From: a virus
Strand: one strand, 5' to 3'
Length of the DNA: 64,000 nt
IMG/VR virus record: IMGVR_UViG_3300049139_000178
Location: 30,962-94,961 of that record
Below are positions 9,169 through 19,331 of this stretch, one piece after another. The translations under genes and the position numbers were made by a program. Position 1 is the stretch's first letter. Each line of letters starts with the position of its first letter. Below the pieces are notes generated by a model, which was given only the letters and a program-made list of their open reading frames with translations, did not search any database and was not told the DNA's origin.

Positions 9169-10005
9169 ATGACCACGACCATCGGAACCGAACAGGTCTC
9201 GCTGGAAGACCTCACCCCGTTCCCCGGCAACGCGCGCCGGGGCAACGTGGAGACGATCCTGGACAGCCTCCGGGCGAACGGCCAGTACAAGCCGCTCACC
9301 GTTCGCCGGGCCGGCGAGACGCTGACGATCCTCGCCGGGAATCACACGTACGTAGCGCTGCTGCGGCACGAGGAGTCCGGCCGCGAAGCCTGCCAGGACT
9401 GGGAGCTGGCCAACGACCGGCCGTGCCAGCTCTGCATCAACGTCGACCGCGACGACCCGACTGCGCTCTCCCATCTCATCGAGTGCGACGACGACACCGC
9501 CAAGCGCATCAACCTGGTGGACAACAAATCGGCGGACGACGGCACCTACGACGACGAGGCCGTGGCCGCCATCCTCGGCTCGCTGGAGGGCGGTGTCGTC
9601 GGCACCGGCTTCACAGACGACGAGGCCGACTCTCTGCTGGCCCGGTTCGAGGAGGAGGAGGTCGTCGCGTACACCGCGCCGGCCGTCGCCGAGTACAACG
9701 ACTCCCCGGAGGAACGCCAGGCCCGCATCGACTCGCACGGCGGGGAGAACAGCCGTACCTACGAGTCCCGGGGCGTGCGGGACATCTTCCTCGCCATGCC
9801 CAACGCCGAGGCCGACGAGCTGGGCCGCTGCATCATGGCGCTGCGCGAGCACTTCGGCGCCATGAGCCAGAGCGAGATCGTGCTGCGGGCGGCCCGGGTG
9901 GCCGTGGCGGTGATGGACGGTGCCGGCTCGGGCCTGACCCTCGCGGAGTGCCTCAGCCGGGGCGAGGAGATCTACGCCCCGGAGGAGACCGAGGACGCGA
10001 CGTGA
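9169..10005 (+). CDS. ParB/Srx-like protein heading the DNA modification locus
   Basis: LTPFPGNARRGNV...SLRANGQYKPL...ILAGNHT...LVDNK. Confidence 0.85.
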   Translation: MTTTIGTEQVSLEDLTPFPGNARRGNVETILDSLRANGQYKPLTVRRAGETLTILAGNHTYVALLRHEESGREACQDWELANDRPCQLCINVDRDDPTALSHLIECDDDTAKRINLVDNKSADDGTYDDEAVAAILGSLEGGVVGTGFTDDEADSLLARFEEEEVVAYTAPAVAEYNDSPEERQARIDSHGGENSRTYESRGVRDIFLAMPNAEADELGRCIMALREHFGAMSQSEIVLRAARVAVAVMDGAGSGLTLAECLSRGEEIYAPEETEDAT

Positions 10006-11090
10006 CCACCCCTCCCGAGCTGACCGCCGGCGTGGACTTCCGGCAGTCCTCCCTCCGGCGCGAGGTGTTCCTGCGCTTTTACGAGTGGTCGGTGCGGCAC
10101 AAGTCGTTCCCCGGCGGGGTGCATTACGTGCTGCCGCACCTGGCCGACGTACTCGGATGGGACACGGAGCAGCGGTTCTGGGCCGCTTTCCTCAACGCCA
10201 ATACGCAGAACCCCGTCACCACGCTGCTGCTCATGCAGGCCGCCCCGCACCCCGCCGACACCTCCGGGGCGCTGGCGTTCTGGCAGCGTCACTACCGCGA
10301 GCTGGAGTGGGACACCGACCGCCGGTACCACAAGGCCCGGTTCGGCGACGCGGTGGACGGCTATCTGCACCTCGTCGGCTCCGGCCCGGCGGCGCAGACC
10401 CGCTACTTCCGCCGGCCGCACGAGTGGACGGCGTGGTGGGAGGCTGCGTCGGCCGTGCCGACCATGGGGCGCCTGTCCACCTGGAGCTATTTGGAGTACC
10501 TGCGGATCCTGGAGTGCGGGGCCCCGGACGCCGACACGCTCATGCTCACCGACATCCCCGGCTCCCGCAGTCACCGCAACGGCCTCGCCCTGGTGGCCGG
10601 ACACGACGAGTGGATCTCAGACAAGCAGCTCGGCCGGGCCCCGGTCAGCTACACCCCGGACATCCTGAGCGAGCTGGCCTCCGTCGGCTACGGCTTGCTG
10701 CGCGAGGCGGCCCGCCGCCTGCCCGGTGACCGCACGGTCGGCTACCTGTCGCTGGAGTCGGCTCTGTGCACGTACAAGAGCTGGCACAAGCCGAACCGCA
10801 GGTACCCCGGCGTCTACAACGACATGCTGCACGACCGGCTCGTGCGGGCTGAGAACCGCTTCGGCCGCCGCTTCGGCGCCATCTGGGACGCCCGGCGCGA
10901 GGCCCTGCCCGCCAGGTTGCGGCTGGAGGACAACCCCGGCGATCCGGGCTGCGTGCCGGTCAAACAGAACTGGTACCTGACCACCGGCCAGGTCATCGGC
11001 ATGGCGGAAGAGTGGCCGTGCTTCAGCAACGACTTCGACCGCATGGTGCGCGAGGGCGTGTTCGGCGTGAGGGAGCGGGCGTGGCTGTGA
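10002..11090 (+). CDS. amino acid:DNA transferase (aGPT-pyrophosphorylase family, HhH-glycosylase fold)
   Basis: WDTDRRYHK, MGRLSTWSYLEYL, SRSHRNGL, LESALCTYK, RYPGVY; GTGA coupling; neighbours are a kinase, a PLP enzyme and TET/JBP. Confidence 0.8.
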   Translation: MTTPPELTAGVDFRQSSLRREVFLRFYEWSVRHKSFPGGVHYVLPHLADVLGWDTEQRFWAAFLNANTQNPVTTLLLMQAAPHPADTSGALAFWQRHYRELEWDTDRRYHKARFGDAVDGYLHLVGSGPAAQTRYFRRPHEWTAWWEAASAVPTMGRLSTWSYLEYLRILECGAPDADTLMLTDIPGSRSHRNGLALVAGHDEWISDKQLGRAPVSYTPDILSELASVGYGLLREAARRLPGDRTVGYLSLESALCTYKSWHKPNRRYPGVYNDMLHDRLVRAENRFGRRFGAIWDARREALPARLRLEDNPGDPGCVPVKQNWYLTTGQVIGMAEEWPCFSNDFDRMVREGVFGVRERAWL

Positions 11091-11815
11091 ACAAAGCGAT
11101 CATCTGCGAGCGGTGGGAGGTGCCACTGGCCGAGCAGAACGACGGCAACAGGTGGTTCGCCGACTGGGTCCGCCGCGACCCCAAACAGGCCAGCGCCCAC
11201 GTCACCGCCGGGTACTGCGCCTACCGCGCGCTCAGCCTCGTCTACACCCCCGACGAACTGCGCACGGCGGAGGAGTTCTTCGGCGGGCTGGGCTGCCAGT
11301 CGCTCATCATCAGCGACCGGTGGCAGCCGGAGCAGCACACCATCCACGAGCAGCACCCGGCCGCCGTGGAGCACCTGCGCACGCTGATGCCGTGGGCTGA
11401 GGTGTGGCGCTCCGACTCCTACGCCGTGGAGCCGGCCGGGGCGGATCTGGTCGGGCTGGACTTCGGAGACCTGACGGCGTGGCGGCTGCGCGAGGGCCAG
11501 GCCCACCGGCGGCTACTCGATGCGGTGTTCACCCGCCGGCCGAAGGCTGTCGTACTCACGGACATCGCCGGGCCCCGGCTGCACCTGCACCGGCAGCGCT
11601 ACGGCGAAGTCCTCGGCGCGGCCAGCCTGCCCGGCTACCGCACGTACCTGGAGGCGCTGGTGCGCTGGTTCCAGACCACCTACGACTACGCGCTGGTGCG
11701 CGGCTACTGGCAGAGCTGGTCCACCGTGCTCGCGCTCGTACCGGCGGAGAACTTCATCGGGCTGGGGTCGCTGGAGCCCGTGCCCGACCGGCCCCGAGGA
11801 ATCGAGATCCTGTGA
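11087..11815 (+). CDS. class I SAM-dependent methyltransferase-like protein
   Basis: EEFFGGLGCQS (motif I-like), acidic residue at the end of the next strand (TIHE), DSY, ADLVGLDFG (degenerate motif IV). Confidence 0.55.
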   Translation: MNKAIICERWEVPLAEQNDGNRWFADWVRRDPKQASAHVTAGYCAYRALSLVYTPDELRTAEEFFGGLGCQSLIISDRWQPEQHTIHEQHPAAVEHLRTLMPWAEVWRSDSYAVEPAGADLVGLDFGDLTAWRLREGQAHRRLLDAVFTRRPKAVVLTDIAGPRLHLHRQRYGEVLGAASLPGYRTYLEALVRWFQTTYDYALVRGYWQSWSTVLALVPAENFIGLGSLEPVPDRPRGIEIL

Positions 11816-12684
11816 TGGACCTGGACACCTGGCTCAGCCCTGTAGAGAACCGGGACGGCCGCCTCTACAAGCGCGAAGACCTCGCCGCGCTGCCGGTCGG
11901 CGTCAACGGCTCCAAGTTGCGCGCCTGCGAGCACCTGATAGGCCGGGCGGCACGCGCCGGCGCCAAGCGCGTCATCTCCGCAGCCTCGGTGCTCTCCCCG
12001 CAGAGCGCCATGGCGGCCGTCCTGGCGCAGCGCCACGGGCTGGGTTGCACGGTCGTCGTCGGCGGCACGAAGCCCAGCACGGCCATCCGCCACCCGTCGG
12101 TGCGCATGGCCGTGGACCACGGCGCCTCGTTGGAGTTCGCGGCCGTCGGCTACAACCCGGCGCTTCAGTCCTACGCGCGCAAGCTGGCCGCGCTCGACCC
12201 CGACGCCTACTGGCTCCAGTACGGCATCACCACCCCGCCGTCCGCCGGCCGCGAGGAGCTGCGCGCCTTTCACAACGTCGCCGCCCGGCAGACGGCCAAC
12301 CTGCCGCGCGGGGTGGAGACGCTCGTCGTGCCGTTCGGCTCGGGCAACACGGCCGCCGGGGTGCTCATGGGCCTGGCGCAGCGAGCCCCGGCGGACCGTC
12401 CGGAGCGCATTGTACTCGTCGGCATCGGCCCCGACCGGCGGACCTGGCTCGCGGACCGCTTCGCCGCGATGGGCCTGCGCCTCCCGGCCTACGAGCACCT
12501 GGACCTGCACGGCTCCGGGTATGCCGCCTACGGCGACAAGATGCCCGGCACCGCCGACGGTATCCGACTGCACCCCACCTACGAGGGCAAGATCGTGCGC
12601 TACCTGAACGAGCACCGGCCCGACTGGTGGACCCGGCGCGACGGCACCACCTGCCTGTGGATCGTGGGAGGGCCGATCTCGTGA
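11815..12684 (+). CDS. fold-type II PLP-dependent enzyme (ACC deaminase/D-cysteine desulfhydrase-like)
   Basis: YKREDL...NGSKLR (PLP lysine), VPFGSGNTAAG, LHPTYEGK. Confidence 0.85.
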   Translation: MDLDTWLSPVENRDGRLYKREDLAALPVGVNGSKLRACEHLIGRAARAGAKRVISAASVLSPQSAMAAVLAQRHGLGCTVVVGGTKPSTAIRHPSVRMAVDHGASLEFAAVGYNPALQSYARKLAALDPDAYWLQYGITTPPSAGREELRAFHNVAARQTANLPRGVETLVVPFGSGNTAAGVLMGLAQRAPADRPERIVLVGIGPDRRTWLADRFAAMGLRLPAYEHLDLHGSGYAAYGDKMPGTADGIRLHPTYEGKIVRYLNEHRPDWWTRRDGTTCLWIVGGPIS

Positions 12685-13256
12685 TCAGTGAGCTGCTGTA
12701 CCTCGTCGGCCCGCCCGGCGCCGGGAAGTCCACCCTCGCGCGGGAACTGCGCACCGGCTGGGACACGGAGGTCGACCGGCACCACCCTGTCCCGCATACC
12801 CGGCTCACCCACCCGGCGACCGGCCGGACCGTCGGTCTGGAGCTGGGGGTGCCCCGTCCGGAGTTCCCCGGCACCGACGCCCTGGCCATGGACATAGGGC
12901 TCCGGGCCCTCCAGTTCCTCTCCTCCAGCTACCTGCACTTCGCGCTCGGCGAGGGCGCCCGGCTGGCGACGAAGCCGTTCCTCGCCGGTCTCGCGCAGCA
13001 GGGAATTGCCGTGACCGTGGTGGAGCTGATGGCACCGCAGGCCCTGCTCGACGAGCGGTGGCGCGAGCGCGGAGCGAAGCAGAACCCGTCCTGGCGCAAG
13101 GGCGCGGCCACCCGGGCCCGCCGCATAGCCGAGTGGGCCGCCGGGGCGCCCGGCGTCCGGCTGCGGTGCATCGATGTGGGGGAGTACGGCCTGTCGGAGA
13201 TGGCGGACGAGGTGCGCGACGCCTTCCCGCCGATAGCCCTGGGGGTGAACCGGTGA
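12681..13256 (+). CDS. P-loop nucleotide/DNA kinase
   Basis: LVGPPGAGKST, PGTDALAMD, GEGARL, RGAKQNPSWRKG. Confidence 0.8.
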   Translation: MISELLYLVGPPGAGKSTLARELRTGWDTEVDRHHPVPHTRLTHPATGRTVGLELGVPRPEFPGTDALAMDIGLRALQFLSSSYLHFALGEGARLATKPFLAGLAQQGIAVTVVELMAPQALLDERWRERGAKQNPSWRKGAATRARRIAEWAAGAPGVRLRCIDVGEYGLSEMADEVRDAFPPIALGVNR

Positions 13257-14143
13257 TCTCGATACGCCTGCGCTCGCGCATCGGCAAACAGGAGCTGGAC
13301 GAGAAGGTCGGCAAGGTCATCGGCGACGACGCGTACAACGTGCTGCTGACGGGTCCGAGCAGGGTGTTCATGCCCAACGGGCAGCCGCTGTGCGTCTACC
13401 TGCCCGGAGCGATGCGCGACGTCGTCACCGACGAGCAGTACGAGACCTTGCACTCGCTGCACAGCACCAAGACCGGTAACAGGGGCCTGGCCGGGGGAGC
13501 CCCGACGTGGACCACAGGCAAGCAGTGGCGAGCGTTCCCGGTGTCGTCCGCCGTACTGGGCTCCCTGGACCCCAAGCTGCCGAGAAATCCCGCCTGTCGC
13601 CTGACGGCCTGGACTGGCAAAAACCTCCCCCGGTGGGAGGTGCTGCACCCGGCGCTTCAGGCCGTCGCGGACAACATGCGGCAGCACGTCCCCGACAGGT
13701 ATGCGGCGCAGATGGAAGAGATCGACCAGACGCATCCGGATTGGGTGGTACCCGGCACCCCGTTCACGACGATCACGGTCAACAACACGTACCCGACCGG
13801 TGTGCACACCGATAAGGGTGACCTGGACAAGGGCTTCAGCACGATCTTCTGCGTGCGTCGGGGCGAGTACACCGGCGGCCGGTTCGTCTTCCCGGAGTTC
13901 CGCGTCGCCGTCGACCTCCAGGACGGCGACCTGATCCTGATGGACGCCCACCAGTGGCACGGCAATACGGCCCTGGTCTGCGCGTGCGGGGAGAAGCGGA
14001 CGGCCTACTGCGAGGAGTGCGGCGCCGAGCGGATCTCAGTCGTCTCGTACATGCGCACTGCGATGACCAAGTGCGGTAGCGAGGCTGAGGAGATCGACCG
14101 GGCGCGGGAGTACCGCGAGCGCACCAAGGGCGTCGTCCGTTAA
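13253..14143 (+). CDS. TET/JBP-family 2OG-Fe(II) dioxygenase
   Basis: FTTITVNN...HTDKGD (HxD), GGRFVFPEF, HQWHGNT (distal His), RISVVSY (2OG-binding Arg). Confidence 0.9.
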   Translation: MISIRLRSRIGKQELDEKVGKVIGDDAYNVLLTGPSRVFMPNGQPLCVYLPGAMRDVVTDEQYETLHSLHSTKTGNRGLAGGAPTWTTGKQWRAFPVSSAVLGSLDPKLPRNPACRLTAWTGKNLPRWEVLHPALQAVADNMRQHVPDRYAAQMEEIDQTHPDWVVPGTPFTTITVNNTYPTGVHTDKGDLDKGFSTIFCVRRGEYTGGRFVFPEFRVAVDLQDGDLILMDAHQWHGNTALVCACGEKRTAYCEECGAERISVVSYMRTAMTKCGSEAEEIDRAREYRERTKGVVR

Positions 14144-14165
14144 CTGTTAGGGAGGCTAAGGAGCT

Positions 14166-14798
14166 ATGGCGAAGGGTGATCCGCCCAACCAACAGCCCAG
14201 CCACCGGGCGATGGTGGCGCAGCGGCGCGCACGGGCCATCGAGCTGAAGAACCGGGGCTTGTCCTGGCAGCAAGTGGCCGAGCAGATGGTTCCGGCCTAT
14301 CTGGACGGCGACGGCAACCCGTCGGCTGCCGCCGCGTGCGTGGACGTCTCCCGCGCGCTGAAGCAGGCCAACAAGGAACTTTCGATGGGGCTGGAGGAGT
14401 ACCGCGAGGCGGCGCGCATGCGGCTGGACGGGCTGCGCCGGCAGGTGTTCGCAGTCCTCGCCCGGCCGCACTACGTACTGCACGCGGGGCAAATCGTCCG
14501 CGACGACGAAGGCAATCCTCTGCGGGACGACAGCGTGGTGCTCGCGTGCGTCGACCGGCTGCAACGCATCGAAGAGCGCCAGGCGAAGATCGACGGCACG
14601 GACGCGTCGGAGAAGTTGACCATCGCCTTGGACCGCAGGGTCGACGAGGAAACGACGGTGGTGGTAGAAGCGATCCTGGCCGGCGCCAACGCGGTCGAGT
14701 TGGAGCCCGCGCAGCGACAGCGGATGCTGGAGGCCGCTGGTGCGCACCTGCGTGTCCTGGAGGGCGAGGTCGTCGGCGAGGCGGAGGAGCCGGAGTGA
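14166..14798 (+). CDS. terS: terminase small subunit (HTH)
   Basis: RRARAIELKNRGLSWQQVAE HTH...RLDGL...IEERQAKIDGTD; position upstream of terL. Confidence 0.7.
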   Translation: MAKGDPPNQQPSHRAMVAQRRARAIELKNRGLSWQQVAEQMVPAYLDGDGNPSAAAACVDVSRALKQANKELSMGLEEYREAARMRLDGLRRQVFAVLARPHYVLHAGQIVRDDEGNPLRDDSVVLACVDRLQRIEERQAKIDGTDASEKLTIALDRRVDEETTVVVEAILAGANAVELEPAQRQRMLEAAGAHLRVLEGEVVGEAEEPE

Positions 14799-14977
14799 AC
14801 AGCGGAGAGCAAACGAGCCCCCATCCGTTCGCGCGGGCGCGCTGGCGGTGGTGGCTCTGCGTTCACTGCTACGCCCCGAGAAGTCTGCACCCCCGGCGCG
14901 GCTGGGTCCGGGCGCGTCCGCTCGGGGACCGCAGGTATCTGTCGGCCGACGCCCCGCACTTCCGCGAAGGCTGGTAG
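14795..14977 (+). CDS. small hypothetical protein
   Basis: GTGA-coupled; CVHC...H motif. Confidence 0.5.
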   Translation: MNSGEQTSPHPFARARWRWWLCVHCYAPRSLHPRRGWVRARPLGDRRYLSADAPHFREGW

Positions 14978-15033
14978 GCGCTCCGGGAGTTCGGTGGCAT
15001 CATCCGGACCCACCCACGACACAGGAGGCAGAC

Positions 15034-15288
15034 GTGCCCCTCCCCACTGACGGCTTCACCACCGCCAGCGTCACCTACTCCCTCGCCACCAGCGACAACC
15101 TGCCGGTGAACATCACCGTGCGGACGGACAACGCAGGGCGGCGCGAGGCGTTCGAGCTGTTCCAGCCGTACCTGGAGGCGGCCCTGAACCAGCTCCGCAA
15201 CGACTACGCCAACGGCACTGAGCAGGAGGTGCTCTACATCGAGCGTGCCTACGGCGCGGCCATGCAGGAACAACTGACGAGCGAGTAG
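15034..15288 (+). CDS. hypothetical protein
   Basis: AGGAGG RBS, GTG start, MPLPTDGF... Confidence 0.65.
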   Translation: MPLPTDGFTTASVTYSLATSDNLPVNITVRTDNAGRREAFELFQPYLEAALNQLRNDYANGTEQEVLYIERAYGAAMQEQLTSE

Positions 15289-15460
15289 CCGGCCGGCCAC
15301 CTGGGTACGACACCTGGGACGGCGGCCCGTACACACCGCCTCAGCTCTGGAACCGCCCGGCGCCGCACCGGGCGGTTCCTGCGTTTCCCAGGTTGTTCGG
15401 CGATTCTCCGGTCCCTGGCTACCATCCGGCCACGACCAGTGACCAAGGAGACGAGTGGCC

Positions 15461-16546
15461 ATGCGTGTTCTGCTCACCGGTGCGGCGGGGTTCGTCGGCA
15501 GCCACGTCCTGCGCCATCTGCTGACGCATACGGACTGGGACGTCGTCTGCCCGGTCAGCTTCCACCACAAGGGCCTGCCGGCGCGCATCGCCTCAGCCGT
15601 CTGCGACACCGACTGGTCCCACCGAGTGGACGTCGTGCACTGGGATATGCGGTCCCCGGCCGACCCGCTGACGCTGCACCAGCTCGACGGCTGCGACGTC
15701 ATCATGAACGTCGCCAGCGAGTCGCACGTCGACCGCTCTATCACTCACCCCGTCGACTTCGTGCAGAACAACGTCGCGTTGATGCTGAACGTCCTGGAGG
15801 TCGCGCGGGCCATCGAGCCCCGACTGCTCCTCCAGATGTCCACCGACGAAGTCTACGGCCCGGCCTACGGCGACCACCGGCACCGCGAGTGGGAACCGGC
15901 CGTGCCGTCGAATCCGTACTCGGCGAGCAAGGCGGCGCAGGAGTCCATCGCCATCAGCTACTGGCGGACCTACGGCGTGCCGCTCGTCATCACCAACACC
16001 ATGAACATCATCGGGGAGATGCAGGACGGCGAGAAGTTTCTGCCAAGAATCATCAAGAGTCTGCGCGCGGGTCGGCCCGTGCCAGTGCACACCGCACCCG
16101 ACGGCACCCCCGGCTCCCGCTTCTACCTGCACGCGCGCAACCTCGCCGACGCCTGGCTGTTCCTGACGCGGCGGTATACCGACGAGGGCGACATCGAGGT
16201 GACCACGCTGGGTGGTGAGGTCATCCGCATCCCCACGGGCCCCGCGCAGTACAGCCACGGCGGAACCCGGCGGCCCGACAGGTTCAACATCGTCGGCGAG
16301 CGCGAGGTGAACAACGCCGAGCTGGTCGGAATGGTTGGGCAGCTCATGGGGCTGGGGCCGTGCGAGGTGGACCAGTTGATCCAGCCGGTGTCCTTCCACG
16401 CCTCACGGCCGGGTCACGACCTGCGATACGCCCTGGACGGGTCCAAGATGGCTCGCCTCGGCTGGGAGCCCCCGGTGCCGCTGGAGAAGTCCATCGAAAC
16501 CACCGTGCGCTGGTCGCTCGACAACCCGGCCTGGCTGGAGCTGTAG
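15461..16546 (+). CDS. NAD-dependent NDP-sugar 4,6-dehydratase (RmlB-like extended SDR)
   Basis: TGAAGFVG, ASESHVDRSI, STDEVYG, YSASK, RPGHDLRYALD. Confidence 0.9.
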   Translation: MRVLLTGAAGFVGSHVLRHLLTHTDWDVVCPVSFHHKGLPARIASAVCDTDWSHRVDVVHWDMRSPADPLTLHQLDGCDVIMNVASESHVDRSITHPVDFVQNNVALMLNVLEVARAIEPRLLLQMSTDEVYGPAYGDHRHREWEPAVPSNPYSASKAAQESIAISYWRTYGVPLVITNTMNIIGEMQDGEKFLPRIIKSLRAGRPVPVHTAPDGTPGSRFYLHARNLADAWLFLTRRYTDEGDIEVTTLGGEVIRIPTGPAQYSHGGTRRPDRFNIVGEREVNNAELVGMVGQLMGLGPCEVDQLIQPVSFHASRPGHDLRYALDGSKMARLGWEPPVPLEKSIETTVRWSLDNPAWLEL

Positions 16547-16556
16547 GGCGCCGGAT

Positions 16557-16594
16557 GGTTTAACAAAACCATCATCCGGGGATTTAACTAAATG
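16557..16594. promoter_or_regulatory. two tandem variants of the GATTTAATTAAATC palindrome upstream of the HTH regulator
   Basis: GGTTTAACAAAACC (16557-16570) and GATTTAACTAAATG (16581-16594), without the upstream TTG box. Confidence 0.55.
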
Positions 16595-16707
16595 AAAGAG
16601 TCCTGGCAGACCCGGTGATCTGACCCGGATCGTCGCCAGTCGACAAGGGCCCCGGGTCAGTGGACGTGACCCGGGGCCCACCCCAATCTACGGAGGGAGC
16701 GACCCAC

Positions 16708-17529
16708 ATGGATACCGAGCCGCAGCCCGTCGTCCTGACCGAACGGCAGCGCCGAGTGCTGTGGCTGCTGTCCACGGGTCGCACCCGAGCGGAGATAGTC
16801 CCGCTCATCCCTGGCGAGACGGACGGAGGGGTCCGGGGAGCGTGTGCCCGCATCTACGCCCTGCTCGACGCTGCCACGGCCGCGCAGGCCGTCCGCAACG
16901 GGCTGCTGGGCGGGCACATCGGACCATACGAAGATTGCGGCACCCTGGCCGCGTACCGCCGGCACATCAAGCGTGAGGAGCCGATCTGCCAGGCCTGCAA
17001 GCGCGGCAACCGTGAGCGGGCGGAGACCGAGGCGGCCCTGCGCAACCGCCGCGTGAAGCTGAACGAGGCGCAGGTCCGGTTGCTGCGGGCGTTCGACGCC
17101 GGGCGCACCATGGCCCAGATATGCACCGCCTGGGGCGTCCATCACCGGGTCGTGAAGAACCTCGCTACATCCGCCTACGCGGCCCTCGGGGTCGCGCACC
17201 TTCCGCAGGTCGTCCGGCGTGAGGCAGCGCTGCGCGAGGCCTGTATGCGCGGCCTGCTCGGGGTGCGACTGCCGGACCAGCCGATGCCGACAGACCGTCA
17301 GGTCCGTCTGTCCGACACGCACGTGAAGATCCTGCTGGAGCTGGAGACGGGGGCCAGTTTCTCCGTCGCCGCCGAACGGCTGAGCATGCACCCCGGAACG
17401 TTCTCCTCCCGGGTGTCCGAGGCGTACAAGCGCCTCGGCGTGGACTGGGTGGACAAGCCACAGCGCAAGGACGCAGCCTTGCGCAAGGCACGCGCGTTGG
17501 GTCTGCTGCCCGAACCCGCGTCGACCTGA
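16708..17529 (+). CDS. transcriptional regulator with three LuxR-like HTH repeats and a Zn-finger
   Basis: LTERQRRVLWLLSTG, LNEAQVRLLRAFDAG, LSDTHVKILLELETG repeats; CGT..AY.RH....E..C..C. Confidence 0.75.
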   Translation: MDTEPQPVVLTERQRRVLWLLSTGRTRAEIVPLIPGETDGGVRGACARIYALLDAATAAQAVRNGLLGGHIGPYEDCGTLAAYRRHIKREEPICQACKRGNRERAETEAALRNRRVKLNEAQVRLLRAFDAGRTMAQICTAWGVHHRVVKNLATSAYAALGVAHLPQVVRREAALREACMRGLLGVRLPDQPMPTDRQVRLSDTHVKILLELETGASFSVAAERLSMHPGTFSSRVSEAYKRLGVDWVDKPQRKDAALRKARALGLLPEPAST

Positions 17530-18854
<1,325 letters not shown>

Positions 18855-18912
18855 CCCACCGCACCGGCCCGTGCCGGCCGGTAATCGGCACGGGCTCCGT
18901 CGTGTTCGGAGG

Positions 18913-18947
18913 TTGTTCGGCCACCGAATCTCTGGTTTAGTTAAATC
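18913..18947 (+). promoter_or_regulatory. conserved promoter/operator copy
   Basis: TTGTTC-12 nt-TCTGGTTTAGTTAAATC. Confidence 0.7.
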
Positions 18948-18976
18948 CATAGGATCACGGAATGAAGGAACAAGCC

Positions 18977-19231
18977 ATGGACAGCATGACGGGCTACATC
19001 GACACCTTGTGCGGCCACATCGTGGATCTTCACGATAGGTATGAGTTGTCGCCTGCGTTCCACTCACGTACTGGGACGGACCTTCAGATCCGGTTGCAGT
19101 TCCTCGGGGAACTTACCGGGCTGCGTCGTGCCCTTGCCATCGCGCTGGGGGAAGACCCGGAGCAGGAGTGCGACATCGAGGGCGCGGCGGACACGTACGT
19201 CCGCGAGTGGCGTGAGAAGCACAAGCGCTGA
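18977..19231 (+). CDS. hypothetical protein in a single-gene cassette
   Basis: Promoter, AAGGAA RBS, ORF, then hairpin at about 19251-19283. Confidence 0.65.
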   Translation: MDSMTGYIDTLCGHIVDLHDRYELSPAFHSRTGTDLQIRLQFLGELTGLRRALAIALGEDPEQECDIEGAADTYVREWREKHKR

Positions 19232-19331
19232 TACCGGACCCTCACCCACTAGAACCCCGGCGCCCTTCCGGTCCGGGGCTCCGCCGATGCTCCGGAAAGC
19301 AACGGCCGCAGCTCCACCGACAATGACCCCC

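Noticed and set aside
11087-11815. Methyltransferase as the graspetide aspartimide-forming (PIMT-like) enzyme or a Dam-like DNA methylase
   Set aside because: It is 18 kb from the RiPP cassette, coupled within the base-modification operon, and lacks both PIMT motifs and DPPY.
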